A DNA stretch of 64,000 bases from Laetmonice hystrix (Eukaryota), in contig OZ249436.1 of assembly GCA_965235115.1 (NCBI GenBank), positions 49,974,001-50,038,000 on the forward strand. The letters run 5' to 3'. The notes below the pieces were generated by a model that saw nothing but the letters and a program-made list of their open reading frames with translations, did not search any database and was not told the DNA's origin. Below are positions 12,001-27,000 of this stretch, in pieces (within the stretch, counting starts at the first letter, position 1; the number at the start of each line of letters is the position of its first letter). A program made the position numbers and the translations under genes.

Positions 12001-15000
12001 ACATCATTTGCCATTGTTACCTAATCCTTTACGCCAAATAGTCATTGGGACGACCTGACAACGTTGTCGGACGCTTACAGATGGCCTGTAGGGGACACAG
12101 ATTAGATGGCAGTAGATGATAGACGAAACGTATGACCTGCCTCCTGGACAATAAAGGCATGGAAACGTGAAACATGAGGCGTCCCTATAATACTGGCTAC
12201 TCTTCTATACAAGCAAACGGTACAGGGAGGCCAAACAGTACAGGGAGGAATCGATACAAGGTATACTGGCTGGCCGAGCACCCAAGCGAACACTACAGTG
12301 AGGCCAAAGAGTACAGTGAGGCCAAACAGTACACTGGGGGCCAAGCAGTGTGGGATGCCAACTAGTAGAGTCAGAAGTCCCTATACATCTTACCGGCTGG
12401 CCTATAGTAGCCATGCAAACACTACAGTGAGGTAGTGGAAATGAAAGGTACAGGCGAGGAGCTTCTAATATTAAAATCTGGAGAAGATACTCAAATGGGA
12501 AGTGTACACATCACAACCATATATCTATAGCGAACGTACGAGACCTATAGGTTTGACAGTTATACATCTGGACTAAGAATCATAATTTTGGGGGGCGTAG
12601 TTTCAATTTGACGTATCAAAAATGTAGCCATTTTTCGTTTATCATTGCTTTAACCTGTCTCTCGCCTGCCTGCCAGCCCTGGCCGGTGTACGTGGTGATT
12701 CCACCGCTGGCCGGAAGGCGGCAGTGCAGTCAGCGCCGCCGCCGCGCTTCAGTGGAGCTGCGCTGCACCCTGGTGTTTTCTGCCTGCAACGTCTCCGTGT
12801 AATCTTTCTTTCTTTGATTGTTTGTTATTTTGGGGATGACATATCTGTTATAGAAAAGGCGTACAACATCATTTGCCATTGTTACCTAATCCTTTACGCC
12901 AAATAGTCATTGGGACGACCTGACAACGTTGTCGGACGCTTACAGATGGCCTGTAGGGGACACAGATTAGATGGCAGTAGATGATAGACGAAACGTATGA
13001 CCTGCCTCCTGGACAATAAAGGCATGGAAACGTGAAACATGAGGCGTCCCTATAATACTGGCTACTCTTCTATACAAGCAAACGGTACAGGGAGGCCAAA
13101 CAGTACAGGGAGGAATCGATACAAGGTATACTGGCTGGCCGAGCACCCAAGCGAACACTACAGTGAGGCCAAAGAGTACAGTGAGGCCAAACAGTACACT
13201 GGGGGCCAAGCAGTGTGGGATGCCAACTAGTAGAGTCAGAAGTCCCTATACATCTTACCGGCTGGCCTATAGTAGCCATGCAAACACTACAGTGAGGTAG
13301 TGGAAAGGAAAGGTACAGGCGAGGAGCTTCTAATATTAAAATCTGGAGAAGATACTCAAATGGGAAGTGTACACTTCACAACCATATATCTAAAGCGAAC
13401 GTACGAGACCTATAGGTTTGACAGTTATACATCTGGCCTAAGAATCATAATTTTTTTTTTGGGGGGGGGCGTAGTTTCAATTTGACGTATCAAAAATGTA
13501 GCCATTTTTCGCTTATCATTGCTTTAACCTGTCTCTCGCCTGCCTGCCAGCCCTGGCCGGTGTACGTGGTGATTCCACCGCTGGCCGGAAGGCGGCAGTG
13601 CAGTCAGCGCCGCCGCCGCGCTTCAGTGGAGCTGCGCTGCACCCTGGTGTTTTCTGCCTGCAACATCTCCGTGTAATCTTTGTTTGTTTGTTTGTTATTT
13701 TGGGGATGACATATCTGTTATAGAGAAAGCGTACAACGTCATTTGCCATTGTTAACTTAACCTTTACGGCAAACAGTCATTGGGACGACCTGACAACGTT
13801 GTCGGACGCTTACAGATGGCCTGTAGGGGACACAGATTAGATGGCAGTAGATGATAGACGAAACGTATGACCTGCCTCCTGGACAATAAAGGCATGGAAA
13901 CGTGAAACATGAGGCGTCCCTATAATACTGGCTACTCTTCTATACAAGCAAACGGTACAGGGAGGCCAAACAGTACAGGGAGGAATCGATACAAGGTATA
14001 CTGGCTGGCCGAGCACCTAAGCGAACACTACAGTGAGGCCAAAGAGTACAGTGAGGCCAAACAGTAGGTACACTGCGGGGCCAAGCAGTGTGGGATGCCA
14101 ACCAGTAGAGTGAGAAGTCCCTATACATCTTACCGGCTGGCCTATAGTAGCCATGCAAACACTACAGTGAGGTAGTGGAAATGAAAGGTACAGGCGAGGA
14201 GCTTCTAATATTAAAATCTGGAGAAGATACTCAAATGGGAAGTGTACACATCACAACCATATAGACTATCTATAGCGAACGTACGAGACCTATAGGTTTG
14301 ACAGTTATACATCTGGCCTAAGAATCATAATTTTGGGGGGCGTAGTTTCAATTTGACGTATCAAAAATGTAGCCATTTTTCGTTTATCATTGCTTTAACC
14401 TGTCTCTCGCCTGCCTGCCAGCCCTGGCCGGTGTACGTGGTGATTCCACCGCTGGCCGGAAGGCGGCAGTGCAGTCAGCGCCGCCGCCGCGCTTCAGTGG
14501 AGCTGCGCTGCACCCTGGTGTTTTCTGCCTGCAACGTCTCCGTGTAATCTTTCTTTCTTTGATTGTTTGTTATTTTGGGGATGACATATCTGTTATAGAA
14601 AAGGCGTACAACATCATTTGCCATTGTTACCTAATCATTTACGCCAAATAGTCATTGGGACGACCTGACAACGTTGTCGGACGCTTACAGATGGCCTGTA
14701 GGGGACACAGATTAGATGGCAGTAGATGATAGACGAAACGTATGACCTGCCTCCTGGACAATAAAGGCATGGAAACGTGAAACATGAGGCGTCCCTATAA
14801 TACTGGCTACTCTTCTATACAAGCAAACGGTACAGGGAGGCCAAACAGTACAGGGAGGAATCGATACAAGGTATACTGGCTGGCCGAGCACCCAAGCGAA
14901 CACTACAGTGAGGCCAATGAGTACAGTGAGGCCAAACAGTACACTGGGGGCCAAGCAGTGTGGGATGCCAACTAGTAGAGTCAGAAGTCCCTATACATCT

Positions 15001-18000
15001 TACCGGCTGGCCTATAGTAGCCATGCAAACACTACAGTGAGGTAGTGGAAATGAAAGGTACAGGCGAGGAGCTTCTAATATTAAAATCTGGAGAAGATAC
15101 TCAAATGGGAAGTGTACACATCACAACCATATATCTATAGCGAACGTACGAGACCTATAGGTTTGACAGTTATACATCTGGCCTAAGAATCATAATTTTT
15201 GGGGGCGTAGTTTCAATTTGACGTATCAAAAATGTAGCCATTTTTCGCTTATCATTGCTTTAACCTGTCTCTCGCCTGCCTGCCAGCCCTGGCCGGTGTA
15301 CGTGGTGATTCCACCGCTGGCCGGAAGGCGGCAGTGCAGTCAGCGCCGCCGCCGCGCTTCAGTGGAGCTGCACTGCACCCTGGTGTTTTCTGCCTGCAAC
15401 ATCTCCGTGTAATCTTTGTTTGTTTTTTTGTTTGTTATTTTGGGGATGACATATCTGTTATAGAGAAAGCGTACAACGTCATTTGCCATTGTTAACTAAA
15501 CCTTTACGGCAAACAGTCATTGGGACGACCTGACAACGTTGTCGGACGCTTACAGATGGCCTGTAGGGGACACAAATTAGATGGCAGTAGATGATAGACG
15601 AAACGTATGACCTGCCTCCTGGACAATAAAGGCATGGAAACGTGAAACATGAGGCGTCCCTATAATACTGGCTACTCTTCTATACAAGCAAACGGTACAG
15701 GGAGGCCAAACAGTACAGGGAGGAATCGATACAAGGTATACTGGCTGGCCGAGCACCTAAGCGAACACTACAGTGAGGCCAAAGAGTACAGTGAGGCCAA
15801 ACAGTAGGTACACTGCGGGGCCAAGCAGTGTGGGATGCCAACCAGTAGAGTGAGAAGTCCCTATACATCTTACCGGCTGGCCTATAGTAGCCATGCAAAC
15901 ACTACAGTGAGGTAGTGGAAATGAAAGGTACAGGCGAGGAGCTTCTAATATTAAAATCTGGAGAAGATACTCAAATGGGAAGTGTACACATCACAACCAT
16001 ATAGACTATCTATAGCGAACGTACGAGACCTATAGGTTTGACAGTTATACATCTGGCCTAAGAATCATAATTTTGGGGGGCGTAGTTTCAATTTGACGTA
16101 TCAAAAATGTAGCCATTTTTCGTTTATCATTGCTTTAACCTGTCTCTCGCCTGCCTGCCAGCCCTGGCCGGTGTACGTGGTGATTCCACCGCTGGCCGGA
16201 AGGCGGCAGTGCAGTCAGCGCCGCCGCCGCGCTTCAGTGGAGCTGCGCTGCACCCTGGTGTTTTCTGCCTGCAACGTCTCCGTGTAATCTTTCTTTCTTT
16301 GATTGTTTGTTATTTTGGGGATGACATATCTGTTATAGAAAAGGCGTACAACATCATTTGCCATTGTTACCTAATCCTTTACGCCAAATAGTCATTGGGA
16401 CGACCTGACAACGTTGTCGGACGCTTACAGATGGCCTGTAGGGGACACAGATTAGATGGCAGTAGATGATAGACGAAACGTATGACCTGCCTCCTGGACA
16501 ATAAAGGCATGGAAACGTGAAACATGAGGCGTCCCTATAATACTGGCTACTCTTCTATACAAGCAAACGGTACAGGGAGGCCAAACAGTACAGGGAGGAA
16601 TCGATACAAGGTATACTGGCTGGCCGAGCACCCAAGCGAACACTACAGTGAGGCCAAAGAGTACAGTGAGGCCAAACAGTACACTGGGGGCCAAGCAGTG
16701 TGGGATGCCAACTAGTAGAGTCAGAAGTCCCTATACATCTTACCGGCTGGCCTATAGTAGCCATGCAAACACTACAGTGAGGTAGTGGAAATGAAAGGTA
16801 CAGGCGAGGAGCTTCTAATATTAAAATCTGGAGAAGATACTCAAATGGGAAGTGTACACATCACAACCATATATCTATAGCGAACGTACGAGACCTATAG
16901 GTTTGACAGTTATACATCTGGCCTAAGAATCATAATTTTGGGGGGCGTAGTTTCAATTTGACGTATCAAAAATGTAGCCATTTTTCGCTTATCATTGCTT
17001 CAACCTGTCTCTCGCCTGCCTGCCAGCCCTGGCCGGTGTACGTGGTGATTCCACCGCTGGCCGGAAGGCGGCAGTGCAGTCAGCGCCGCCGCCGCGCTTC
17101 AGTGGAGCTGCGCTGCACCCTGGTGTTTTCTGCCTGCAACGTCTCCGTGTAATCTTTCTTTCTTTGATTGTTTGTTATTTTGGGGATGACATATCTGTTA
17201 TAGAAAAGGCGTACAACATCATTTGCCATTGTTACCTAATCCTTTACGCCAAATAGTCATTGGGACGACCTGACAACGTTGTCGGACGCTTACAGATGGC
17301 CTGTAGGGGACACAGATTAGATGGCAGTAGATGATAGACGAAACGTATGACCTGCCTCCTGGACAATAAAGGCATGGAAACGTGAAACATGAGGCGTCCC
17401 TATAATACTGGCTACTCTTCTATACAAGCAAACGGTACAGGGAGGCCAAACAGTACAGGGAGGAATCGATACAAGGTATACTGGCTGGCCGAGCACCCAA
17501 GCGAACACTACAGTGAGGCCAATGAGTACAGTGAGGCCAAACAGTACACTGGGGGCCAAGCAGTGTGGGATGCCAACTAGTAGAGTCAGAAGTCCCTATA
17601 CATCTTACCGGCTGGCCTATAGTAGCCATGCAAACACTACAGTGAGGTAGTGGAAATGAAAGGTACAGGCGAGGAGCTTCTAATATTAAAATCTGGAGAA
17701 GATACTCAAATGGGAAGTGTACACATCACAACCATATATCTATAGCGAACGTACGAGACCTATAGGTTTGACAGTTATACATCTGGCCTAAGAATCATAA
17801 TTTTTGGGGGCGTAGTTTCAATTTGACGTATCAAAAATGTAGCCATTTTTCGCTTATCATTGCTTTAACCTGTCTCTCGCCTGCCTGCCAGCCCTGGCCG
17901 GTGTACGTGGTGATTCCACCGCTGGCCGGAAGGCGGCAGTGCAGTCAGCGCCGCCGCCGCGCTTCAGTGGAGCTGCACTGCACCCTGGTGTTTTCTGCCT

Positions 18001-21000
18001 GCAACATCTCCGTGTAATCTTTGTTTGTTTGTTTGTTTGTTATTTTGGGGATGACATATCTGTTATAGAGAAAGCGTACAACGTCATTTGCCATTGTTAA
18101 CTAAACCTTTACGGCAAACAGTCATTGGGACGACCTGACAACGTTGTCGGACGCTTACAGATGGCCTGTAGGGGACACAGATTAGATGGCAGTAGATGAT
18201 AGACGAAACGTATGACCTGCCTCCTGGACAATAAAGGCATGGAAACGTGAAACATGAGGCGTCCCTATAATACTGGCTACTCTTCTATACAAGCAAACGG
18301 TACAGGGAGGCCAAACAGTACAGGGAGGAATCGATACAAGGTATACTGGCTGGCCGAGCACCTAAGCGAACACTACAGTGAGGCCAAAGAGTACAGTGAG
18401 GCCAAACAGTAGGTACACTGCGGGGCCAAGCAGTGTGGGATGCCAACCAGTAGAGTGAGAAGTCCCTATACATCTTACCGGCTGGCCTATAGTAGCCATG
18501 CAAACACTACAGTGAGGTAGTGGAAATGAAAGGTACAGGCGAGGAGCTTCTAATATTAAAATCTGGAGAAGATACTCAAATGGGAAGTGTACACATCACA
18601 ACCATATAGACTATCTATAGCGAACGTACGAGACCTATAGGTTTGACAGTTATACATCTGGCCTAAGAATCATAATTTTGGGGGGCGTAGTTTCAATTTG
18701 ACGTATCAAAAATGTAGCCATTTTTCGTTTATCATTGCTTTAACCTGTCTCTCGCCTGCCTGCCAGCCCTGGCCGGTGTACGTGGTGATTCCACCGCTGG
18801 CCGGAAGGCGGCAGTGCAGTCAGCGCCGCCGCCGCGCTTCAGTGGAGCTGCGCTGCACCCTGGTGTTTTCTGCCTGCAACGTCTCCGTGTAATCTTTCTT
18901 TCTTTGATTGTTTGTTATTTTGGGGATGACATATCTGTTATAGAAAAGGCGTACAACATCATTTGCCATTGTTACCTAATCCTTTACGCCAAATAGTCAT
19001 TGGGACGACCTGACAACGTTGTCGGACGCTTACAGATGGCCTGTAGGGGACACAGATTAGATGGCAGTAGATGATAGACGAAACGTATGACCTGCCTCCT
19101 GGACAATAAAGGCATGGAAACGTGAAACATGAGGCGTCCCTATAATACTGGCTACTCTTCTATACAAGCAAACGGTACAGGGAGGCCAAACAGTACAGGG
19201 AGGAATCGATACAAGGTATACTGGCTGGCCGAGCACCCAAGCGAACACTACAGTGAGGCCAAAGAGTACAGTGAGGCCAAACAGTACACTGGGGGCCAAG
19301 CAGTGTGGGATGCCAACTAGTAGAGTCAGAAGTCCCTATACATCTTACCGGCTGGCCTATAGTAGCCATGCAAACACTACAGTGAGGTAGTGGAAATGAA
19401 AGGTACAGGCGAGGAGCTTCTAATATTAAAATCTGGAGAAGATACTCAAATGGGAAGTGTACACATCACAACCATATATCTATAGCGAACGTACGAGACC
19501 TATAGGTTTGACAGTTATACATCTGGACTAAGAATCATAATTTTGGGGGGCGTAGTTTCAATTTGACGTATCAAAAATGTAGCCATTTTTCGTTTATCAT
19601 TGCTTTAACCTGTCTCTCGCCTGCCTGCCAGCCCTGGCCGGTGTACGTGGTGATTCCACCGCTGGCCGGAAGGCGGCAGTGCAGTCAGCGCCGCCGCCGC
19701 GCTTCAGTGGAGCTGCGCTGCACCCTGGTGTTTTCTGCCTGCAACGTCTCCGTGTAATCTTTCTTTCTTTGATTGTTTGTTATTTTGGGGATGACATATC
19801 TGTTATAGAAAAGGCGTACAACATCATTTGCCATTGTTACCTAATCCTTTACGCCAAATAGTCATTGGGACGACCTGACAACGTTGTCGGACGCTTACAG
19901 ATGGCCTGTAGGGGACACAGATTAGATGGCAGTAGATGATAGACGAAACGTATGACCTGCCTCCTGGACAATAAAGGCATGGAAACGTGAAACATGAGGC
20001 GTCCCTATAATACTGGCTACTCTTCTATACAAGCAAACGGTACAGGGAGGCCAAACAGTACAGGGAGGAATCGATACAAGGTATACTGGCTGGCCGAGCA
20101 CCCAAGCGAACACTACAGTGAGGCCAAAGAGTACAGTGAGGCCAAACAGTACACTGGGGGCCAAGCAGTGTGGGATGCCAACTAGTAGAGTCAGAAGTCC
20201 CTATACATCTTACCGGCTGGCCTATAGTAGCCATGCAAACACTACAGTGAGGTAGTGGAAATGAAAGGTACAGGCGAGGAGCTTCTAATATTAAAATCTG
20301 GAGAAGATACTCAAATGGGAAGTGTACACATCACAACCATATATCTATAGCGAACGTACGAGACCTATAGGTTTGACAGTTATACATCTGGCCTAAGAAT
20401 CATAATTTTGGGGGGCGTAGTTTCAATTTGACGTATCAAAAATGTAGCCATTTTTCGCTTATCATTGCTTCAACCTGTCTCTCGCCTGCCTGCCAGCCCT
20501 GGCCGGTGTACGTGGTGATTCCACCGCTGGCCGGAAGGCGGCAGTGCAGTCAGCGCCGCCGCCGCGCTTCAGTGGAGCTGCGCTGCACCCTGGTGTTTTC
20601 TGCCTGCAACGTCTCCGTGTAATCTTTCTTTCTTTGATTGTTTGTTATTTTGGGGATGACATATCTGTTATAGAAAAGGCGTACAACATCATTTGCCATT
20701 GTTACCTAATCCTTTACGCCAAATAGTCATTGGGACGACCTGACAACGTTGTCGGACGCTTACAGATGGCCTGTAGGGGACACAGATTAGATGGCAGTAG
20801 ATGATAGACGAAACGTATGACCTGCCTCCTGGACAATAAAGGCATGGAAACGTGAAACATGAGGCGTCCCTATAATACTGGCTACTCTTCTATACAAGCA
20901 AACGGTACAGGGAGGCCAAACAGTACAGGGAGGAATCGATACAAGGTATACTGGCTGGCCGAGCACCCAAGCGAACACTACAGTGAGGCCAATGAGTACA

Positions 21001-24000
21001 GTGAGGCCAAACAGTACACTGGGGGCCAAGCAGTGTGGGATGCCAACTAGTAGAGTCAGAAGTCCCTATACATCTTACCGGCTGGCCTATAGTAGCCATG
21101 CAAACACTACAGTGAGGTAGTGGAAATGAAAGGTACAGGCGAGGAGCTTCTAATATTAAAATCTGGAGAAGATACTCAAATGGGAAGTGTACACATCACA
21201 ACCATATATCTATAGCGAACGTACGAGACCTATAGGTTTGACAGTTATACATCTGGCCTAAGAATCATAATTTTTGGGGGCGTAGTTTCAATTTGACGTA
21301 TCAAAAATGTAGCCATTTTTCGCTTATCATTGCTTTAACCTGTCTCTCGCCTGCCTGCCAGCCCTGGCCGGTGTACGTGGTGATTCCACCGCTGGCCGGA
21401 AGGCGGCAGTGCAGTCAGCGCCGCCGCCGCGCTTCAGTGGAGCTGCACTGCACCCTGGTGTTTTCTGCCTGCAACATCTCCGTGTAATCTTTGTTTGTTT
21501 GTTTGTTTGTTATTTTGGGGATGACATATCTGTTATAGAGAAAGCGTACAACGTCATTTGCCATTGTTAACTAAACCTTTACGGCAAACAGTCATTGGGA
21601 CGACCTGACAACGTTGTCGGACGCTTACAGATGGCCTGTAGGGGACACAGATTAGATGGCAGTAGATGATAGACGAAACGTATGACCTGCCTCCTGGACA
21701 ATAAAGGCATGGAAACGTGAAACATGAGGCGTCCCTATAATACTGGCTACTCTTCTATACAAGCAAACGGTACAGGGAGGCCAAACAGTACAGGGAGGAA
21801 TCGATACAAGGTATACTGGCTGGCCGAGCACCTAAGCGAACACTACAGTGAGGCCAAAGAGTACAGTGAGGCCAAACAGTAGGTACACTGCGGGGCCAAG
21901 CAGTGTGGGATGCCAACCAGTAGAGTGAGAAGTCCCTATACATCTTACCGGCTGGCCTATAGTAGCCATGCAAACACTACAGTGAGGTAGTGGAAATGAA
22001 AGGTACAGGCGAGGAGCTTCTAATATTAAAATCTGGAGAAGATACTCAAATGGGAAGTGTACACATCACAACCATATAGACTATCTATAGCGAACGTACG
22101 AGACCTATAGGTTTGACAGTTATACATCTGGCCTAAGAATCATAATTTTGGGGGGCTTAGTTTCAATTTGACGTATCAAAAATGTAGCCATTTTTCGTTT
22201 ATCATTGCTTTAACCTGTCTCTCGCCTGCCTGCCAGCCCTGGCCGGTGTACGTGGTGATTCCACCGCTGGCCGGAAGGCGGCAGTGCAGTCAGCGCCGCC
22301 GCCGCGCTTCAGTGGAGCTGCGCTGCACCCTGGTGTTTTCTGCCTGCAACGTCTCCGTGTAATCTTTCTTTCTTTGATTGTTTGTTATTTTGGGGATGAC
22401 ATATCTGTTATAGAAAAGGCGTACAACATCATTTGCCATTGTTACCTAATCCTTTACGCCAAATAGTCATTGGGACGACCTGACAACGTTGTCGGACGCT
22501 TACAGATGGCCTGTAGGGGACACAGATTAGATGGCAGTAGATGATAGACGAAACGTATGACCTGCCTCCTGGACAATAAAGGCATGGAAACGTGAAACAT
22601 GAGGCGTCCCTATAATACTGGCTACTCTTCTATACAAGCAAACGGTACAGGGAGGCCAAACAGTACAGGGAGGAATCGATACAAGGTATACTGGCTGGCC
22701 GAGCACCCAAGCGAACACTACAGTGAGGCCAATGAGTACAGTGAGGCCAAACAGTACACTGGGGGCCAAGCAGTGTGGGATGCCAACTAGTAGAGTCAGA
22801 AGTCCCTATACATCTTACAGGCTGGCCTATAGTAGCCATGCAAACACTACAGTGAGGTAGTGGAAATGAAAGGTACAGGCGAGGAGCTTCTAATATTAAA
22901 ATCTGGAGAAGATACTCAAATGGGAAGTGTACACATCACAACCATATATCTATAGCGAACGTACGAGACCTATAGGTTTGACAGTTATACATCTGGCCTA
23001 AGAATCATAATTTTGGTTGGCGTAGTTTCAATTTGACGTATCAAAAATGTAGCTATTTTTCGCTTATCATTGCTTTAACCTGTCTCTCGCCTGCCTGCCA
23101 GCCCTGGCCGGTGTAGGTGGTGATTCCACCGCTGGCCGGAAGGCGGCAGTGCAGTCAGCGCCGCCGCCGCGCTTCAGTGGAGCTGCGCTGCACCCTGGTG
23201 TTTTCTGCCTGCAACGTCTCCGTGTAATCTTTCTTTCTTTGATTGTTTGTTATTTTGGGGATGACATATCTGTTATAGAAAAGGCGTACAACATCATTTG
23301 CCATTGTTAACTAAACCTTTACGGCAAATAGTCATTGGGACGACCTGACAACGTTGTCGGACGCTTACAGATGGCCTGTAGGGGACACAGATTAGATGGC
23401 AGTAGATGATAGACGAAACGTATGACCTGCCTCCTGGACAATAAAGGCATGGAAACGGGAAACATGAGGCGTCCCTATAATACTGGCTACTCTTCTATAC
23501 AAGCAAACGGTACAGGGAGGCCAAACAGTACAGGGAGGAATCGATACAAGGTATACTGGCTGACCGAGCACCCAAGCGAACACTACAGTGAGGCCAAAGA
23601 GTACAGTGAGGCCAAACAGTAGGTACACTGCGGGGCCAAGCAGTGTGGGATGCCAACCAGTAGAGTGAGAAGTCCCTATACATCTTACCGGCTGGCCTAT
23701 AGTAGCCATGCAAACACTACAGTGAGGTAGTGGAAATGAAAGGTACAGGCGAGGAGCTTCTAATATTAAAATCTGGAGAAGATACTCAAATGGGAAGTGT
23801 ACACATCACAACCATATATCTATAGCGAACGTACGAGACCTATAGGTTTGACAGTTATACATCTGGCCTAAGAATCATAATTTTTGGGGGCGTAGTTTCA
23901 ATTTGACGTATCAAAAATGTAGCCATTTTTCGCTTATCATTGCTTTAACCTGTCTCTCGCCTGCCTGCCAGCCCTGGCCGGTGTACGTGGTGATTCCACC

Positions 24001-27000
24001 GCTGGCCGGAAGGCGGCAGTGCAGTCAGCGCCGCCGCCGCGCTTCAGTGGAGCTGCGCTGCACCCTGGTGTTTTCTGCCTGCAACGTCTCCGTGTAATCT
24101 TTCTTTCTTTGATTGTTTGTTATTTTGGGGATGACATATCTGTTATAGAAAAGGCGTACAACATCATTTGCAATTGTTACCTAATCCTTTACGCCAAATA
24201 GTCATTGGGACGACCTGACAACGTTGTCGGACGCTTACAGATGGCCTGTAGGGGACACAGATTAGATGGCAGTAGATGATAGACGAAACGTATGACCTGC
24301 CTCCTGGACAATAAAGGCATGGAAACGTGAAACATGAGGCGTCCCTATAATACTGGCTACTCTTCTATACAAGCAAACGGTACAGGGAGGCCAAACAGTA
24401 CAGGGAGGAATCGATACAAGGTATACTGGCTGGCCGAGCACCCAAGCGAACACTACAGTGAGGCCAATGAGTACAGTGAGGCCAAACAGTACACTGGGGG
24501 CCAAGCAGTGTGGGATGCCAACTAGTAGAGTCAGAAGTCCCTATACATCTTACAGGCTGGCCTATAGTAGCCATGCAAACACTACAGTGAGGTAGTGGAA
24601 ATGAAAGGTACAGGCGAGGAGCTTCTAATATTAAAATCTGGAGAAGATACTCAAATGGGAAGTGTACACATCACAACCATATATCTATAGCGAACGTACG
24701 AGACCTATAGGTTTGACAGTTATACATCTGGCCTAAGAATCATAATTTTGGTTGGCGTAGTTTCAATTTGACGTATCAAAAATGTAGCCATTTTTCGCTT
24801 ATCATTGCTTTAACCTGTCTCTCGCCTGCCTGCCAGCCCTGGCCGGTGTAGGTGGTGATTCCACCGCTGGCCGGAAGGCGGCAGTGCAGTCAGCGCCGCC
24901 GCCGCGCTTCAGTGGAGCTGCGCTGCACCCTGGTGTTTTCTGCCTGCAACGTCTCCGTGTAATCTTTCTTTCTTTGATTGTTTGTTATTTTGGGGATGAC
25001 ATATCTGTTATAGAAAAGGCGTACAACATCATTTGCCATTGTTAACTAAACCTTTACGGCAAATAGTCATTGGGACGACCTGACAACGTTGTCGGACGCT
25101 TACAGATGGCCTGTAGGGGACACAGATTAGATGGCAGTAGATGATAGACGAAACGTATGACCTGCCTCCTGGACAATAAAGGCATGGAAACGTGAAACAT
25201 GAGGCGTCCCTATAATACTGGCTACTCTTCTATACAAGCAAACGGTACAGGGAGGCCAAACAGTACAGGGAGGAATCGATACAAGGTATACTGGCTGACC
25301 GAGCACCCAAGCGAACACTACAGTGAGGCCAAAGAGTACAGTGAGGCCAAACAGTAGGTACACTGCGGGGCCAAGCAGTGTGGGATGCCAACCAGTAGAG
25401 TGAGAAGTCCCTATACATCTTACCGGCTGGCCTATAGTAGCCATGCAAACACTACAGTGAGGTAGTGGAAATGAAAGGTACAGGCGAGGAGCTTCTAATA
25501 TTAAAATCTGGAGAAGATACTCAAATGGGAAGTGTACACATCACAACCATATAGACTATCTATAGCGAACGTACGAGACCTATAGGTTTCACAGTTATAC
25601 AATTGGCCTAAGAATCATAATTTTGGGGGGCGTAGTTTCAATTTGACGTATCAAAAATGTAGCCATTTTTCGTTTATCATTGCTTTAACCTGTCTCTCGC
25701 CTGCCTGCCAGCCCTGTCCGGTGTACGTGGTGATTCCACCGCTGGCCGGAAGGCGGCAGTGCAGTCAGCGCCGCCGCCGCGCTTCAGTGGAACTGCGCTG
25801 CACCCTGGTGTTTTCTGCCTGCAACGTCTCCGTGTAATCTTTCTTTCTTTGATTGTTTGTTATTTTGGGGATGACGTATCTGTTATAGAAAAGGCGTACA
25901 ACATCATTTGCCATTGTTACCTAATCCTTTACGCCAAATAGTCATTGGGACGACCTGACAACGTTGTCGGACGCTTACAGATGGCCTGTAGGGGACACAG
26001 ATTAGATGGCAGTAGATGATAGACGAAACGTATGACCTGCCTCCTGGACAATAAAGGCATGGAAACGTGAAACATGAGGCGTCCCTATAATACTGGCTAC
26101 TCTTCTATACAAGCAAACGGTACAGGGAGGCCAAACAGTACAGGGAGGAATCGATACAAGGTATACTGGCTGGCCGAGCACCCAAGCGAACACTACAGTG
26201 AGGCCAAAGAGTACAGTGAGGCCAAACAGTACACTGGGGGCCAAGCAGTGTGGGATGCCAACTAGTAGAGTCAGAAGTCCCTATACATCTTACCGGCTGG
26301 CCTATAGTAGCCATGCAAACACTACAGTGAGGTAGTGGAAATGAAAGGTACAGGCGAGGAGCTTCTAATATTAAAATCTGGAGAAGATACTCAAATGGGA
26401 AGTGTACACATCACAACCATATATCTATAGCGAACGTACGAGACCTATAGGTTTGACAGTTATAGATCTGGCCTAAGAATCATAATTTTGGGGGGCGTAG
26501 TTTCAATTTGACGTATCAAAAATGTAGCCATTTTTCGCTTATCATTGCTTTAACCTGTCTCTCGCCTGCCTGCCAGCCCTGGCCGGTGTACGTGGTGATT
26601 CCACCCCTGGCCGGAAGGCGGCAGTGCACTCAGCGCCGCCGCCGCGCTTCAGTGGAGCTGCACTGCACCCTGGTGTTTTCTGCCTGCAACATCTCCGTGT
26701 AATCTTTGTTTGTTTGTTTGTTTGTTATTTTGGGGATGACATATCTGTTATAGAGAAAGCGTACAACGTCATTTGCCATTGTTAACTTAACCTTTACGGC
26801 AAACAGTCATTGGGACGACCTGACAACGTTGTCGGACGCTTACAGATGGCCTGTAGGGGACACAGATTAGATGGCAGTAGATGATAGACGAAACGTATGA
26901 CCTGCCTCCTGGACAATAAAGGCATGGAAACGTGAAACATGAGGCGTCCCTATAATACTGGCTACTCTTCTATACAAGCAAACGGTACAGGGAGGCCAAA